Part shown: positions 63,177-64,000 of the stretch, piece after piece
Layout: each line of letters starts with the position of its first letter
Position numbering within the stretch: position 1 is the first letter of the stretch
DNA from: Deltaproteobacteria bacterium
Lineage (GTDB): Bacteria; BMS3Abin14
Direction of reading: 5' to 3'
Length of the DNA stretch: 64,000 nt
Assembly (NCBI GenBank): GCA_013151915.1
Contig: JAADHJ010000044.1
Span: 329-64,328 of the forward strand
Position numbers and translations under genes: made by a program
Notes under the pieces: generated by a model
Databases searched by the model: none
What the model saw: only the letters and a program-made list of their open reading frames with translations
Told to the model about the DNA's origin: nothing

Positions 63177-63847
63177 TGATTAAATTCAAAGGCTGGATGT
63201 TATCCTGGGTCCTGCGTTTACAACGCATGACCTGGCGGGTTCATATTGAAGGCCGTGAGAACCTGGACCGGTTGTACGCTGATGAGAAGCGTTTTCTACT
63301 TTGCTTTTGGCACGGAAAATACGTGCCGATATTTCCCCTGCTGGAGGGCTGCAAAGCGTGTGTTGTCAGCAGCCGCTCAGTGCGGGGAAGCGTTATCGCT
63401 GAAATCGGCAGAAACTTCGGTTATCAGAGCACTCAGATGCCGGATCGTCCAAGCCGTGATTCCCTTAGACTTATGAGGGAAGTTCTGTCCGAGGCCCGTG
63501 CATGGGGAATTGCGGTGGATGGCCCGCTGGGTCCACGTGGCCGGGTAAAGAGCGGCGTGATACGGATGGCGTCGGCGCTTGAATTTGACCTTTTGCCGGT
63601 TTCTTTGGATAGCCGCCGAAAAATGGTGTTTAACAGGCGATGGGACCGGATGGAGATTCCTCTGCCCTTCACAACGGTATGCCTGGTCTTTGGTGAGCCC
63701 ATCAAGGTGCCGCCTGAACTTCGTTTCGGACAGGTTAAAAACCTGGCGGACAAGCTTGCCGAAGCCATTTCGCAGCTGGACGCGAAGACCGAAAACATGG
63801 TCCGTGAGAACCTGCCGCAAAAAGAATGTCTCAAGGATTTTCATTGA
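63176..63847 (+). CDS. DUF374 lysophospholipid acyltransferase-family protein
   Basis: FWHG, S.S..G..IA, AVDGPLGPR..VKSG, WDR.EIPLPF. Confidence 0.87.
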   Translation: MIKFKGWMLSWVLRLQRMTWRVHIEGRENLDRLYADEKRFLLCFWHGKYVPIFPLLEGCKACVVSSRSVRGSVIAEIGRNFGYQSTQMPDRPSRDSLRLMREVLSEARAWGIAVDGPLGPRGRVKSGVIRMASALEFDLLPVSLDSRRKMVFNRRWDRMEIPLPFTTVCLVFGEPIKVPPELRFGQVKNLADKLAEAISQLDAKTENMVRENLPQKECLKDFH

Positions 63848-64000
63848 TGATGAAGATGTTTCGTCCCATGTCACACCATGTGCCCGTGCATGTCTCCAGG
63901 CGTGTCCTGGCTTATTTCGGGCTGGCTGGGCTGTTTTTCCTGCTGTCTTTCACCTCCATCTATTTTGTTCACCGAATCTTTTCAGGGGGGCAGTTAAGGA
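63847..64000 (+). CDS. Membrane protein, 5' part, runs off the window
   Basis: TGATG coupling to the upstream gene; hydrophobic stretch VLAYFGLAGLFFLLSFTSIYFV; no stop before the window end. Confidence 0.5.
   Translation, partial: MMKMFRPMSHHVPVHVSRRVLAYFGLAGLFFLLSFTSIYFVHRIFSGGQLR

Overview
GC-rich bacterial chromosomal window; gene content suggests an anaerobic deltaproteobacterium (Desulfobacterota-like, inferred, not verified). Positions 1-38.6 kb are mostly core genes: class III RNR nrdDG under a cobalamin riboswitch and tandem NrdR boxes, argP/argO, an LpoA-like lipoprotein, rsmA-rnj-uppP-ftsK-lolA-rimO-tRNA methylase, and two tandem GntR regulators. These are followed by a formate dehydrogenase/selenocysteine/Moco locus: an FDH-alpha paralogue lacking the catalytic residues, fdhE, Sec-containing fdnGHI, selA, selB, moeA, DUF47, pit, ligA, fdhD. 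Positions 38.6-64 kb are accessory: a degenerate VapBC pair, IS21/IS3/IS200 remnants, a P1B ATPase, an aroKB fusion with a non-canonical DHQS active site, a RAYT transposase bracketed by 28-bp inverted repeats, a Ca/Na antiporter, a P3A H+-ATPase, an AT-rich ABC cassette between 63-bp direct repeats, and a DedA/PAP2 lipid cluster. Intergenic DNA is dense with several repeat families, including a MITE with 24-bp TIRs and an 8-bp target-site duplication. All family assignments come from motif recognition by eye; no database search was run.
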